From Octopus sinensis (Eukaryota), in contig NC_042997.1 in assembly GCF_006345805.1 (NCBI RefSeq), positions 107,632,001 to 107,696,000 on the forward strand: DNA of 64,000 bases, read 5' to 3'. The notes under the pieces are model-generated. The model saw only the letters and a list, made by a program, of their open reading frames with translations. It was not told the DNA's origin and ran no database searches. Below are positions 11,637 through 24,095 of the stretch, one piece after another (the first letter of the stretch is position 1; each line of letters starts with the position of its first letter). The translations under genes were made by a program, and so were the position numbers.

Positions 11637-13465
11637 ATCATCATCATCATCATTTAACGTCTGCTTTCCATGCTGGCATGGGGTAGAAGGTTTGACTGAA
11701 AACTAGTAAGCTGGGTGGGGCTGCACCAGATTCCAATCTGATTTGGCAAGGTTTCTACAGCTGGATGCCCTTCCTAAAGCTAACCCCTTTGAGAGTGTAG
11801 TGCGTGCTTTTTACGTGTCACCAGCACAGGTGCCATTGACCTGACACCAGTACCTGTCATGACTACGGACTCGTTGGGCTTGACAGGTCAACACAAGCAC
11901 AGTATATCACCAAAGGTCTTGGCCACCAGTCACTGCCTCCATGGGACCCAACACTCAAATGGTGCTTTTTACGTGCCACTGGCACGGGTGCCAGTCAGAT
12001 GGCACTGGCATCGGCCATGACTATGATTTCACTTGGTTCAACAAGTCTTCTCAAGCACAGCATAACATCCAACGACTGAAGGTTACTTTTAATGGACCAG
12101 TTAAACAATCCTGGCATCGGCCATGGCTGTGATCTCACTTGGCTTGCTGGGTCTTCTCAGGCACAGCATTTCTCCAAAGGTCTCAGTTGCTTGTCATTGC
12201 CTCTGTGTGGCCCAACATTTGAAGATCGTGCTTGACCACTTCATTCCAGGTCTCCCTGAGTCTACCTCTTCCACAGGTTCAATCCGTCATTAGAGTACAA
12301 CACTTCTTTGCACAGCTGTCCTCATCCAAATGCATCACATGACCACACCTATGCAGTCGTCTTTCGTGCACACCACATTTGATGCTTCTTAAGCCCAACT
12401 TTTCTCTCGGGATGCTTACACTGTCATGCATGCTCACTGACATTGCACATCCAGCAAAGTATACTGGTTTCATTTCTTCCAAATCTATGCATGTCCTCAG
12501 CAGTCACAGCCCATGTTTCACTGCCAAGTACCATGGCTGTTTGCACACAAGTATCATACAGTCTGCCTTTTACTCTGAGCAAGAGGCCTTTTGTTGCCAA
12601 CAGAGGTAGGAGTTCTCTGTACTTTGCCCAGTCTATTTTTACTCTAGCAACTATACTCTCAGAGTATCCACCCCTGCTACTTTCTTGGTCACCTAGGTAA
12701 TGGAAGCTGTCGACCACTTCTAGTTTTCCCACCTGGCATGCAATGGAATCTATTTTCTGTACATTTTTGGTTTTTTATTGCCCCTGAACATCTGTCACAC
12801 ACAAACACTGTCTTCCCTGTTAACCTTCCTCTGATATTGCTACACCTCTTATGTGTCCATAGCTTACACTAGGTACATCTTATGGAGTTTCTACCTACGT
12901 ATCTACTACAGATCGAGCAGGGCCATCTACCTGAAGTGGTTTGTGATATGTTCACCTTCCTATTTACTAAAACTTTGGTTTTGCTAGGTCAACTCTAAGG
13001 CCCTTCAATTCTAGACCTTGCTTCCATACTTGAAACTTCTCTAGTTCTGGCAGTGATTCAGCTATAAGAGAATGGTCATCAGCATAGACAAACTCCCAGG
13101 GGCAGCCTGTCTTAACTTCTTCTGTTATTGCCTGGAAGACTATGACGAACAAGAGAGGGCTGAGGACTGATCCCTGGTGAATCACTACTTGTACCCTGAA
13201 TCCTTTGCTATACTCATACCCAGCCTGACTGACTGCATCTCTGTACATCAATCCCTAGTTTCTGCATTGACCACCAGATAAGGGATCAGGGGACCATATA
13301 AAAAACTTTCCCCATGTCAACAAAGCCCAAGTACAGAGGTTTTCCCAGTTTTCATATCCTTGATTGCTTTGTCTACCAAGATATTGTCAATTTGGATAGC
13401 TGATCCCTCAAATGGGTCGACATTTGGCAGGCTCTCTTTCTCCCATATATGGGTAGAGCTATATA
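11637..13465 (-). mobile_element. RTE LINE, 5'-truncated, RT with embedded PHD finger
   Basis: ORFs contain QGSVLSPLLF, VYADD, GLRVDLAK and LEVVDSFHYLG. PHD-type Cys/His pattern at 12788-12919. Family 3' UTR and (GAT)n tail at about 11637. Confidence 0.9.
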
Positions 13466-13515
13466 GGTAGATACATACATTCATATACATACATATATAT
13501 ATATATATAGATACA

Positions 13516-13547
<32 letters not shown>

Positions 13548-13584
13548 ATATATATGCATGTATGTGTGAGTGTGTGTGTGTGTG

Positions 13585-13627
<43 letters not shown>

Positions 13628-13680
13628 GTATGTATGTATATATATGTATATATATGTATATATATAAATGTATATATATA

Positions 13681-13778
<98 letters not shown>

Positions 13779-13845
13779 TATCTATACATATATATACATA
13801 CATACACACACACAGACACACAGACACACACACACACATATATAT
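13466..13845. repeat. Compound (TA)n/(TG)n/(CA)n microsatellite
   Basis: Direct observation. Source of several spurious YI/VC-repeat ORFs. Confidence 0.95.
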
Positions 13846-14325
13846 TTCCGACAGGAAGGTCAGTTGGAAGGCCACTCTTGCACTTCAGAGAAAACTAAAA
13901 GACAATCCCAAGCGATGCAACATTCCCTTTTCTTCCTGTGAAAATAAGGCACCAGAATGCGGCACCTTCTTCTCCTCAGTTCAAAGATTTCAGCAAAGTC
14001 CAACACTGGCACCAACTTCATGCTGGGCATAAAGGCCTGCTGGCAAAATGCTGCTCTTCTAAATGGAGACCATACCTGTCATTATGGTTTTGTGGCATGA
14101 AGCAAAGCAGGCCCAGCCATCCACTCAAGAAAACAAATAGTAAATGATCCATAAGCACTTTAGAAAACTGAGTCCTCAACTTGTTCCCATTGTTCCCTTT
14201 GCCAAAAGGTTTACAAGGCACCAGCAGGCCTCAAGAGACACATTTGTGTCCATAGAACATGAGTACATGGTAAACACTTTATTTTATTGAACCCTCATTT
14301 GTCGTTCATGACAGAAGAATCCATC

Positions 14326-14328
<3 letters not shown>
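13846..14328 (+). mobile_element. BovB-like RTE LINE 3' end
   Basis: GRSVGRPLL...[13 protein letters not shown]. Shares its 3' end (aaccctcatttgtc...gaatcca(t/c)ca) with the copy at 16590-17058. Confidence 0.75.
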
Positions 14329-14388
<60 letters not shown>

Positions 14389-14412
14389 ATATATATACAC
14401 ACATATATATCT

Positions 14413-14460
<48 letters not shown>

Positions 14461-14471
<11 letters not shown>

Positions 14472-16075
14472 TGAGAATGTCTGTCTGTCTGTCTGTGTGT
14501 TTCCCTAAAACTTGAGAACAACACAACCAATTTCATTCAAATTTTACACATGCCTTACTTAGGGTCCATGTAGTTTCATGGGCAAAAAAAAATGTTCAAC
14601 TTCTTGCCTAGGGCGAGCCCATAGCAATATCATATCTTCTCCATTATTTCAGTATTACGTGTTAAAAGTGAAACAAAAACATTTCTCTATTTTATGTCAG
14701 ATACTTTCACTTTAACAATAAAAATTAGAGATAATAATAACAACTAAATTATATGTAGTAAGTAATAATTAAAATCAAACTAAAGTATAATATAATAATT
14801 AAATTGTAACATAACAATTAAAAGTAAAAATAGCAATTGGTATAAAATTGCATCAATGACTTGAACTTGAATAAGTGGTTTCACATGAATGGGAATAAAT
14901 TAAAAATAAAATTAATGCGCAGAAATGGAATAGTCCAGATGGAGCTGTGCACATACCTTTTACCACAGCTTTTACATTAGATTATCTGCTAATTAGCTAG
15001 CATTGAGTATCTATATGAAGTTTGGCTGTATGTAATATCTGTTTTCTCGAACAGCCGCTTCTACTGAGTACTGCTGTTGGTTTATTTCTTATACATAAAG
15101 GACTATAGCTTCAACTGCGTACTGCTTTTTGATTCACCGTAAGGTTTGTTATTATTATTATTACTGTTTAACTATTGTTATCATGTTTGTTGGTTCCTCG
15201 TAAGGGAAACGTTGTTGTGTTGCATTTGTTAAATAATTGTAAACCGTAACCCTCCCCCTTTGGGAGAAGGAGCTTTGGTTATTGTTTAAAAATTGAATTG
15301 TGTCCCTGTTTGGGGAAATTGATAATATTTTCACCGTTTATACAGAAGCATTTTTGTTAAAATGTCTTCGATAGAAGAAAGTCCAAAAATGAATTTCGCT
15401 GCAGCCGTCGGCGGGCGCAAACTCATTAAAATTAAAATGGAAGAAATACAAACTTATTTCGGATTGATCACCAACAAAGACGGTGAATCTAGGATAACAC
15501 CACCAAACGAAATAAAAAATTAAATTAAAGAAAAGACTATTGTCTATAAAGTATACAATGTAGAGAAAAGAAAAGATTTGAACACCTGGAGGAAAGCACC
15601 ATCGAAAAGTGTCTTGGTGTGACTATGAAAGATATCAAGTATCTAACCAGAGGCGGTAAATTCGCCACAATAGAAGCAAGGTTCGAGTCAATGGAGCGTG
15701 CAAGGGAGTACTCAACTCGAACCTTGTAAAGTGGAAATATTTTATTTTTACCTTTATATCTGAGATGTAGGACATCCCAGATAAAAATTTAAAATGTCTC
15801 CCCAGAAGTAGAGGTAGGCTGGATTGTAGCCACACTTCTATACAAGAGGGAGGGCAAGATACAATTGATCGAAATTGCAAGAGACAGACCTACAATTCCA
15901 GTCTGTTATATATTTTGAGTATTGTTATCACTAGCGATATCAAGATATAACTTTGTATTTTGTATTTTATGTGTAGATGTATATATATAGATGTACATGT
16001 AATATGTACACATATATATACACATATATACATGCACTAGCACAATGATCCGGCAACACCGGGTCATAATGCTAG
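14461..16075 (+). mobile_element. Non-autonomous Helitron-like element (about 1.6 kb)
   Basis: 5' tatataaaactgagaatgtctgtctgtc (5' TC is obscured by the (TA)n run). 3' hairpin gatccgg-caaca-ccgggtc at 16047-16065, then CTAG (16072-16075) and T. Confidence 0.7.
15362..15900 (+). pseudogene. Degenerate L1/Tx1-like ORF1 (gag-like) 5' fragment inside the Helitron
   Basis: MSSIEESPKMNFAAAVGGRKLIK..., continuing after a stop and a frameshift as LEESTIEKCLGVTMKDIKYLTRGGKFATIEARFES...EVEVGWIVATLL. The xFAAAV N-terminal motif resembles Tx1-type ORF1. Confidence 0.45.
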
Positions 16076-16269
16076 TATATATATATATATATATATTCGT
16101 CCATCAGCCCATCCGTAACCATCTTCCTGCTGTATGTGTTTCTGGTAAAGCATATCAAAAATTGTTTCCTCCTTCACTTATCTTGGTTCCATTGTGTCTA
16201 ATGATGTAAAAATGGATTAAAAAAAATTGAGTCCAGAATTAGGAAGCTAGCTCTACTTTTGGCAAACTT

Positions 16270-17058
16270 CATAAGTTGGTGGTCTTGTCAACATTGCTTT
16301 ATGGTGCTGAATCTTGTTCCAAAAGCACATCAACCAGTTTGATGCTCATGTGATATATCCAACATAAAACTGAGTGACCATATTCAAAACATTATCATCA
16401 TCATCATCATCATCGTCGTTTAATGTCCGTTTTCCATGCTGGCATGGGTTGGACGGTTTGACTGGGGACTGGCAAACCAGGAGGATGCACCTGGCTCCAA
16501 TCTGATCTGGCAAGGTTTCTAAGCTGGATGCCCTTCCTCACACCAACCACTCCGAGAGTGTAGTGGATGCATTTTATGTGCTAGCAGAATGGGTGAGGTA
16601 CAGTGAGGTACCAACAAAATGCAACATACCAGGTATTGAAGCCATCCTCATCAAAATACAGCTGAGATGGTCAGGTCATCCCTCACGTAGGAGTGATATC
16701 AGAATTCCGAAGCAACTTCTCTCTGGCCAATTCCCAACAGGAAGATCAGTTAGAAGGCCACTCTTGTGCTTCAAAGACAAAATACCATTTTCTTTTCTTC
16801 CTGTGAAAACAAAGCATCAGAAGACAGGATGTGGTGCCTGTCCTGCTTCCCCTCAGATCAAAGATTTGAGCAAAGTCGACTCCAGCAACTGGATCAACTT
16901 CATGCAAGCATGAAGGCATGCTGGCAAAAGGTTTCCATTTGCCAAAAGGTTTGCAAGGCACCAAGCAGGCCTCAAGACACACATCATGTCCATAGAACAT
17001 AATTAATACTTTATTTTACTGAACCCTCATTTGTCACTCACGACAACAGAATCCACCA
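16270..17058 (+). mobile_element. BovB-like RTE 3' fragment interrupted by another RTE tail
   Basis: VLSTLLYGAES...SDHIQN, an insertion, then EVPTKCNIPGIEAILIKIQLRWSGH...GRSVRRPLL. Confidence 0.75.
16394..16587 (-). mobile_element. RTE (GAT)n-family 3' tail nested in the BovB-like element
   Basis: (CAT)n followed by gtttaatgtccgttttccatgc...gagagtgtagtgg. Confidence 0.85.
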
Positions 17059-17078
17059 TATATATATATATATATATT

Positions 17079-17339
17079 AGAAGAAATGAGGTACTCAGAA
17101 ATTCAGATGGTTTTATATTTACAGATATTTACTAGTAGAAATCATATATCATATATTAGCACTTTCGTCCACTCTAGTGGAGTTTTCAAATTGAAGTGTT
17201 CAATTTGAAGACTCCACTAGAGTGGACGGAAGCGCTATATATGTGCTATATGATATATGATTTATAAAAAACATGTAACATACTAATAAATATCTGTAAA
17301 TATAAAACCATCCAGATTTCTGAGTACCTCATTTCTTCT
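17079..17339. mobile_element. Fold-back (palindromic) element in (TA)n
   Basis: agaagaaatgaggtactcagaa... pairs with ...ttctgagtacctcatttcttct. The arms run to a 3-nt centre at 17196-17198. Confidence 0.85.
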
Positions 17340-17394
17340 TATATATAATACCTGTACATCATCTCTAAACCTTCTAATATATATATATATATAT

Positions 17395-17700
17395 AAATTA
17401 GAAAAAAACCACTTTTTATCAATTCAAAATGAAAAATTAAATTACACCATCTAGAAAATTACATATAATAGAAATATCAAATATAAGATAAAAAATATAC
17501 CGATGATTAAGTAATGTGCAAAATAATAAATAAAACATATATATTTGGTAGAATAACGTTTTATTTTTTATTTTGCACATTACTTAATCATCGGTATATT
17601 TTTTATCTTATATTTAATATCTCTATTATATGTAATTTTCTAGATGGTGTAATTTAATTTTTCATTTTGAATTGATAAAAGGTGGGTTTTTTTCTAATTT
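17395..17700. mobile_element. Second fold-back element in (TA)n
   Basis: Arms 17395-17536 and 17558-17700 are near-perfect reverse complements, with a 21-nt spacer. Confidence 0.85.
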
Positions 17701-17807
17701 ATATATACATTATATTTTGTGAAATTTGATTTAGTATTTCTAAATTGAATTTTTCCCTGTAAGTTTGGAATAATATTCCCTCAAATTATTATTATTATTA
17801 TCATTAT

Positions 17808-17857
<50 letters not shown>

Positions 17858-18059
17858 CATCATCATCATCATTTAACATCCATTTTCCATGCTGACATGG
17901 GTTGGATGGTTTGACACCCACATGCAAACACACACATACAGAAAGAGAGAGAAGGGGGAGAGAGAGAAAGAGAGGACAAACAAAAAGTCAACATTATTTG
18001 CATCAACATAATAATATATACGCACGAAAAAAACACATATATTCTTATAAACATATACA

Positions 18060-18410
18060 CTCAACCATTTCAAACACAGACACAGTGTTCTATATACATA
18101 CATGCATATCTGTGTGTGTGAGCATGTTTGTGTGTATGTGTGTATGTGTGTGTATGCGTGCATGTGTGTATGTGTGTGCATGTGTGCATGTATGTATGTG
18201 TGTGCATGTGTGCATGTATGTATGTGTGTGTATGTGTGTGTATGTGTGTATGTGTGTGTATGTATGTATGCATGTGTGTGTATGTGCATGTGTGTATGTG
18301 TGCGTTTGTATGTATGTGTGCATATGTGTATGTGTGTGTATGCATGTATGTGTGTGCATGTGTGTGTGTGCATTTGTGTGTGTGTGTGTGTGTGCATAAG
18401 TGTGTATATA
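18060..18410. repeat. Degenerate (TG)n/(TGTA)n low-complexity tract
   Basis: Direct observation. Confidence 0.9.
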
Positions 18411-18759
18411 ACTGTCAGTCATTATCATGCTGTTGCCATGGCAGCTGTTGCCATCATTATTATTGTAATTATATAATTATGTAATTAACACCATTGCCAT
18501 CGTATGTGTCATTTCTTTTCCTTTCATCAACCCAGATTTACCTCCACATCTTTCCAACTTCCACATGAACCAAACAAATTCTCTCCCAAACCATTGCCCT
18601 TCCATTCTCCGACCCCACCCCTGCTCCCTTCTTTATGGAAAATTTAGTTTTTCCTTAAACACAAAAATATTTAAAAAAATAGACAAATAAAACAATTACT
18701 TGATAACTTTTATATCACATGGCATTGATATTGATGATATAATACAACAAGAATATTAG

Positions 18760-18972
18760 TTTCAAATTTTGGCACAAGGCCAGCAATTTCAGTGGGGAGT
18801 GGGATAAGTCGATTACATTGACCCTATTGTACAACTGGTACTTACTTTTTTGACCCTGAAAGGGTGAAAGGCAAAGTCAACCTGAATGGAATTTGAACTG
18901 AAAACGTAAAGATGGATGAAAAACCATTTAGTATTTTGCCTGGCATCATGATGACTCTGCCAACCCAGCATC
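18760..18972 (-). mobile_element. tRNA-derived SINE (degenerate)
   Basis: Reverse complement of the SINE body (caactggtacttactt...aaaggcaaagtcaacct...atttgaact). Confidence 0.7.
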
Positions 18973-18999
18973 CTTAAAAATACAACAAATGTATCAGCA

Positions 19000-19620
19000 T
19001 AATACGAATATTGACATTGATGTCGTTTGATCTAACAATACTGACGTTGGGATAGACTGGCATTGCACTACGCTGAAGACATAGTTTGGTGTAAAAAAAT
19101 AACAGTTTGGAATCAGTCTTGGTGACTAAAGATGTACATAGAAGAAGTTCTAGGAATTGATTGATGTGTAATGAGGAGAGGAATGTGCCATGGGGGAAAA
19201 GTGTCTGGTTGTATGTCTTCAAAAGGTGGTATGAATTGTGTGAGTGAGACATGGCTAATGGGCATGGAACAGCAACGGAGAAGACTGGACGAAATGGAAA
19301 TGAGAATGGTTTGGTGGATAAGGGGAGGAATTTTTAGAAAGAGAAAGACAAAGAATGGATTGTAAAAAAAAGGGGATGAGAATGAAGCCAGTGATGAATG
19401 TTTGTGATGAGAAATGGGAGGAAGTGGTTGGGTCATGTGCTGGGAGAGGATGGTTTTGTGAACTGGATGAGAGGAATGATAGAAATAAATATGAAAGGAT
19501 GTAGGGGAAAGAGAAAACTGAGAGGGACAGGCTAAAAATAACTGGGGTTGGTGGGTATGATGTAGATGATAGTGTAAAATGGAGGAGGCTTTCGTGGGCC
19601 ACTCAAGACTAACCCCTTCT
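19000..19620 (+). mobile_element. Old RTE LINE 3' fragment
   Basis: VSETWLMGMEQQRRRLDEMEMRMVWW followed by a KWLGHVL-like segment. Confidence 0.55.
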
Positions 19621-19859
19621 TTAACAGGGCAAATGCCCTTAAAATATTGTTGTTGTACTCTTGACTGAATATTATTTTCTGGGGCTTAATTTTTGCTCCA
19701 GTAAATTCTATTTAACTGGAATTATAAAAATTAGTTTCACCTTTCAAACCAGTTTATTTCTTCTTCATCATGGCTCAGTGTTATACAGTCTTTGATTATA
19801 TTCCAGTTAACAGGATTCATTATTGAACGTTGACATATTGTTTGGTGTCACCACACAAA

Positions 19860-20095
19860 AAACACCCATACTCATGACACATCAAAAGCACCCATGCTGG
19901 TGCCACATAAAAAAACTCTCAGTAAAGTCTGTAAAGTGGTTGGCATTAGGAAGAGCATTCACCCATAGAAAACCATGCCAAAACAGACAGCTGGAGCCTG
20001 GTGCGGCTCTCTGGCTTGCAAGCACCTGTTAAACCATCCAACCCATGCAAGCATGAAAAACAGACATTCAATGCTGATGATGATGATGATGATGA
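19860..20095 (+). mobile_element. RTE (GAT)n-family 3' tail
   Basis: gtggttggcattaggaagagc...aacccatgcaagcatg...(GAT)n. Confidence 0.8.
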
Positions 20096-20249
20096 GATTT
20101 ACATACTTACACACACACACACACACACATGTAGTCAAATTTCAAAAATTTTCAAAATTTGGGTTGCTATAAATTTATTGCTTTGCACATCCGATAATGC
20201 TCATAAAATTAGTGATAGGAATAATAGAATAAGACGATATACCCCATAT

Positions 20250-20280
<31 letters not shown>

Positions 20281-20319
20281 GTCCAACCCATGCTAGCATG
20301 GAGAACGGACGTTAAACGA

Positions 20320-20469
<150 letters not shown>

Positions 20470-21099
20470 ATATATAAAATAAGGTTTGAAAATTTGTAAA
20501 TTGTAATATAACTTCTGATAAAAATATTCCATTTGTTAAGCAAATTAAGAATAATTTAGTTGGATCTTATACAAACTATTTTCTAAACATTTTACCAAAG
20601 AAAATAGTTATTATGATATAATTAATGCCAGTTTTCTTTGAGTGGCTTTTTATGTTTCGAAAAATGTCACAAATTATTTCTTCCCTTAACGAGGGGAAAT
20701 TATCAAATTTTTATAACAATAAAAATCAGATTAATTGCAACAATATTAAAAGTGAAAGATTAATTCTTCTGATGTACAAGGGGAAACAATCCACATTAAA
20801 TCCCATCCAAAACTGAAGACTAGCAGTGAAGTAGTAAATGACCATCTTACTGAATATAAAATAGAAATATAGAAAAGAAAAATATTTATTGTGATTGTAA
20901 AGTTAGAAATAACTGTTTGTTTAATAATAATTAGTGTCAGCAAAAAAACGTAGTCTATAGATGTGGAGTGAAATCTGATGGTAAGAATTTCTTTTACATC
21001 GGAGCAACAGAAAACTTTATATAAAAAAAAAACCATCACTGATCCCAATTACACCTTTAATAATGGAAATAGATTGTCTTCTGTCAGCCTTAGTAAATT

Positions 21100-21390
21100 T
21101 ATTTGGCATGTAAAAAGCACCATTTGAGTGTGGCCGATGCCAGTGTCGCTTGTGTGGCACATAAAAAGTAGCATTCAAGCATGGCTGATGCCAGTTCCAC
21201 TTGACTGGCATATAAAAGGCATCCACTACACTCTTGGAGTGGTTGGCGTTAGGAAGGGCATCCAGCTGTAGAAACCTTACCAAATCCGATTGGAGTCAGG
21301 TACAGCCACCTGGCTTACCAGTTCTCAGTCAAACCGTCCAACCCATGCCACCATGGAAAGCAGACATTAATCAACGATGATGATGATTAT
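21100..21390 (+). mobile_element. RTE (GAT)n-family 3' tail
   Basis: Three ggca(c/t)..aaaag modules, then cactacactcttggagtggttggcgttagg...(GAT)n and (TA)n. Confidence 0.85.
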
Positions 21391-21394
21391 TATG

Positions 21395-21439
<45 letters not shown>

Positions 21440-21442
<3 letters not shown>

Positions 21443-22330
21443 CAGAGGCATGAGGTGCTCAGGATTCCAAAGCAGTGTATCAGAGAGAATAGAGATGTGG
21501 TGGATGAGAAATGTGTGTGAAGAATTAAATTAGAAGAGATGCAATTTGATTTTGTACTTGGGAAGAGCACCACAAATGCAACCGTCCTCGTGAGGAAAAG
21601 TATTTGGCCAAAAGTAAGCCATTGCAGTGGATCTCAGGTGGATTAACAGATAAAGTCACCTTTGTATGTGACAGATGTGCAGGAACAATAAGCACTAAAG
21701 ACACACAGGACTTAGACTCTCTCAAATGCCCAGGAGGTTCTCTTGAGGTTGTAAATAGTTTCTGTTTCCCAAGTGACCAAATTAGCCATGGTGGAGGATG
21801 CTCTGAAAATATTGTTAACAGAATAAGAAGAGGATGGAGGAAGTTCAGAGAGCCGTTACCTCTGTTGGCAACAACAAAAGGACTCTCTCTTCAAGTTAAA
21901 GGTAGATTATATGATGCCTTTTGTAAAAATGGCTATACTCCATGGTAGTGAGACATGGGCCCTGAATGCAGACGACATGCATAGACTAGATGGAAATGAA
22001 GGCAGTATTCTCCATTGGATGTGCAACATCAGTGTGCATGTATGACAAAGTGCAAATGTATCGAGTGAAAAGTTGGGGATAAGAGGAATCAAATGTACCA
22101 TGCAAGAGAAGAAGATGACTACGTTGGTTTGGACATGTGATGCATACGATTGAAGGGCAGAGGCATGAAGAAGTGCTGATCCCTGAAAGTGGATGATGCC
22201 TGTGGAAGAGGGAAACTCAGGGGCCAATCCCAGGTTGTTGGGCTTCATGGACGAAATGACAATGGACTGAAATGTCTGACGATATGAAATACTTGAGAAG
22301 ACCTACCCACATCAGCGAAACTGAGTTCTA
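21440..22330 (+). mobile_element. RTE LINE fragment (PHD family, internally deleted)
   Basis: EKYLAKSKPL is joined to the C-terminal half of the PHD (CSGISGGLTDKVTFVCDRC-like), then LEVVNSFC...GGGCSENIVNRIRRGWRKFRE. Confidence 0.75.
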
Positions 22331-22761
22331 GAAGTGCTGTGTTCCACCCCCACATAACAATAAAACGTTTCTCAAACCCTACCCCCAACAAACCAAATCA
22401 CATCTCTTCTTATTCTCACATGTTCTCTTTTCATGCACTCTGCTTATCTCTTGCTCCCTAATTCTGCCCTCATTGCCTTGCTCACTGTAACATTGCTATC
22501 CTGTTGTTGCCCCACCCCTATGCACCCAAGTTTCCCCAGTCATTGCATTCCTCACTCCCACACTCTTTGCATCCTTGTGAAGTCTCTACTTCCTACTCAC
22601 ACTACATTGCCAAGACCCTGCCATTTATATTATGACTCCCATACTTGCCGGCATCTATCACTCTTGCTCTACCATCTCATTTATATTTGGATCCCTGTTC
22701 CTTGTGAGTATGCCCTGGCCCTTCGCCACCATCTCTGTCCAGCTCTCTTTTGCACTCTCTT

Positions 22762-22797
<36 letters not shown>

Positions 22798-22914
22798 TGA
22801 CTCATTAACCATGCACCTCCTCCTCTACACCAACACACCTGTTTCTCTCCTCTTCATTCTTGATCACTCTCTGTCTCTGTCTCTCTCTGTCACTTTGTCT
22901 CTCTCTCTCTCACC

Positions 22915-22945
<31 letters not shown>

Positions 22946-23084
22946 TCTCCAACCAGGTAATCATGTACCTCCTCTACACCAAGACACCTGTTTCTATCTC
23001 TGTCTCTCTCTCTCTTTCACTCTAACCTTTCATCATCTGACACAAGATCCCCTTCTCCTCCAATGCCCTTCCCCTCTGGCAAGT

Positions 23085-23264
23085 CACTTGGTGACCACCC
23101 TGCCAGTTCTTGGGTCACCTAAAAAGCACCCAGTCCACACTGTAACGTGGTTGGCGTTTGGAATGGCATTCAGCTGCACAAAACCTTACCAAAACAGACA
23201 AAAGAAGCCTGGCCAGCTCCTGTCAAACCGTCCATCCCATACCAGTAGAGAAAACAAACCTTAA

Positions 23265-23311
<47 letters not shown>

Positions 23312-23535
23312 ATATATATATATACCTCCTGACTGGCCCTCATGCCACCAGGCATGTAAAAGCACCCACTACACTCTCGGAGTGGTTGGCGTTAGGAAGG
23401 GCATCCAGCTGTAAAAAACCTTGCCAGATCAAGATTGGAGCCTGGTGCAGCCATCTGGTTCACCAGTCCTCAGTCAAATTGTCCAACCCATGCCAGCATG
23501 GAAAGTGGACGTTAAACGATGATGTTGATGATGAT
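23085..23535 (+). mobile_element. Two tandem RTE (GAT)n-family 3' tails
   Basis: Copies at about 23085-23310 and 23335-23535, each ending in gatgatgat. Confidence 0.8.
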
Positions 23536-23829
23536 ACATGCACATGGTGTAAGCAATTAAAGCAGTGTTAAATTGAAATAGCCATACATGTATCATACAG
23601 AATGTATGTATACCTTTGATAGGTTGGTTACTGCAGTATTTGTCCTGAGATAGCATCTCTTATGGACTTAAAAGCAGGAAAACTATCATAGAGAAAGAGA
23701 AAGAGGCAAGAACTCATCCCTCATAGCAGCCAGGACAAATACGGCAGTAACTGATTGATGGACAGTGTGTATACATCAAGTAGGAGTTATGGATGGCTAT
23801 TTTAATTAAATACAACCCCAGTTGTCTAT

Positions 23830-24095
23830 ACATGGTAGAGAAGGTGGTCGCGGCGGCGGCGGCGGTGGCAGCGGTGGCGGTGGCGGCGGCGATGGCGGTA
23901 GCAGCGGTGATGGCGATGGCGGCGGCGGTGGTGGTGGTGGTGGCGGTGGTAGTGGTAATGGTGTGGTTGGTGGTGGTGAAGGCTGTAGGGTGATAGTGCT
24001 AGGAATGGGAATAATGGTGATGGTGGGTAGTAATGGAGGTGGTGGTGGTGGCGGGTAGTGATGGTGGTGAGTAGTGATGGTGGTGGTGGTGGTAG
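23830..24095. repeat. (GGT/GGC)n-rich low-complexity tract
   Basis: Direct observation. Gives spurious poly-G, poly-P and poly-A/V ORFs. Confidence 0.85.

Noticed and set aside
13317-14508. Long ORFs of YI/VC/HT repeats (also 17873-18484, 26731-27775, 28654-28957, 58639-58921)
   Set aside because: They are translations of dinucleotide and tetranucleotide microsatellites and carry no coding signal.
22330-23080. Pyrimidine-rich 175-aa and 134-aa ORFs, possibly a decayed GIY-YIG element
   Set aside because: Low complexity with (CT)n. The motif resemblance is too weak to support a call.
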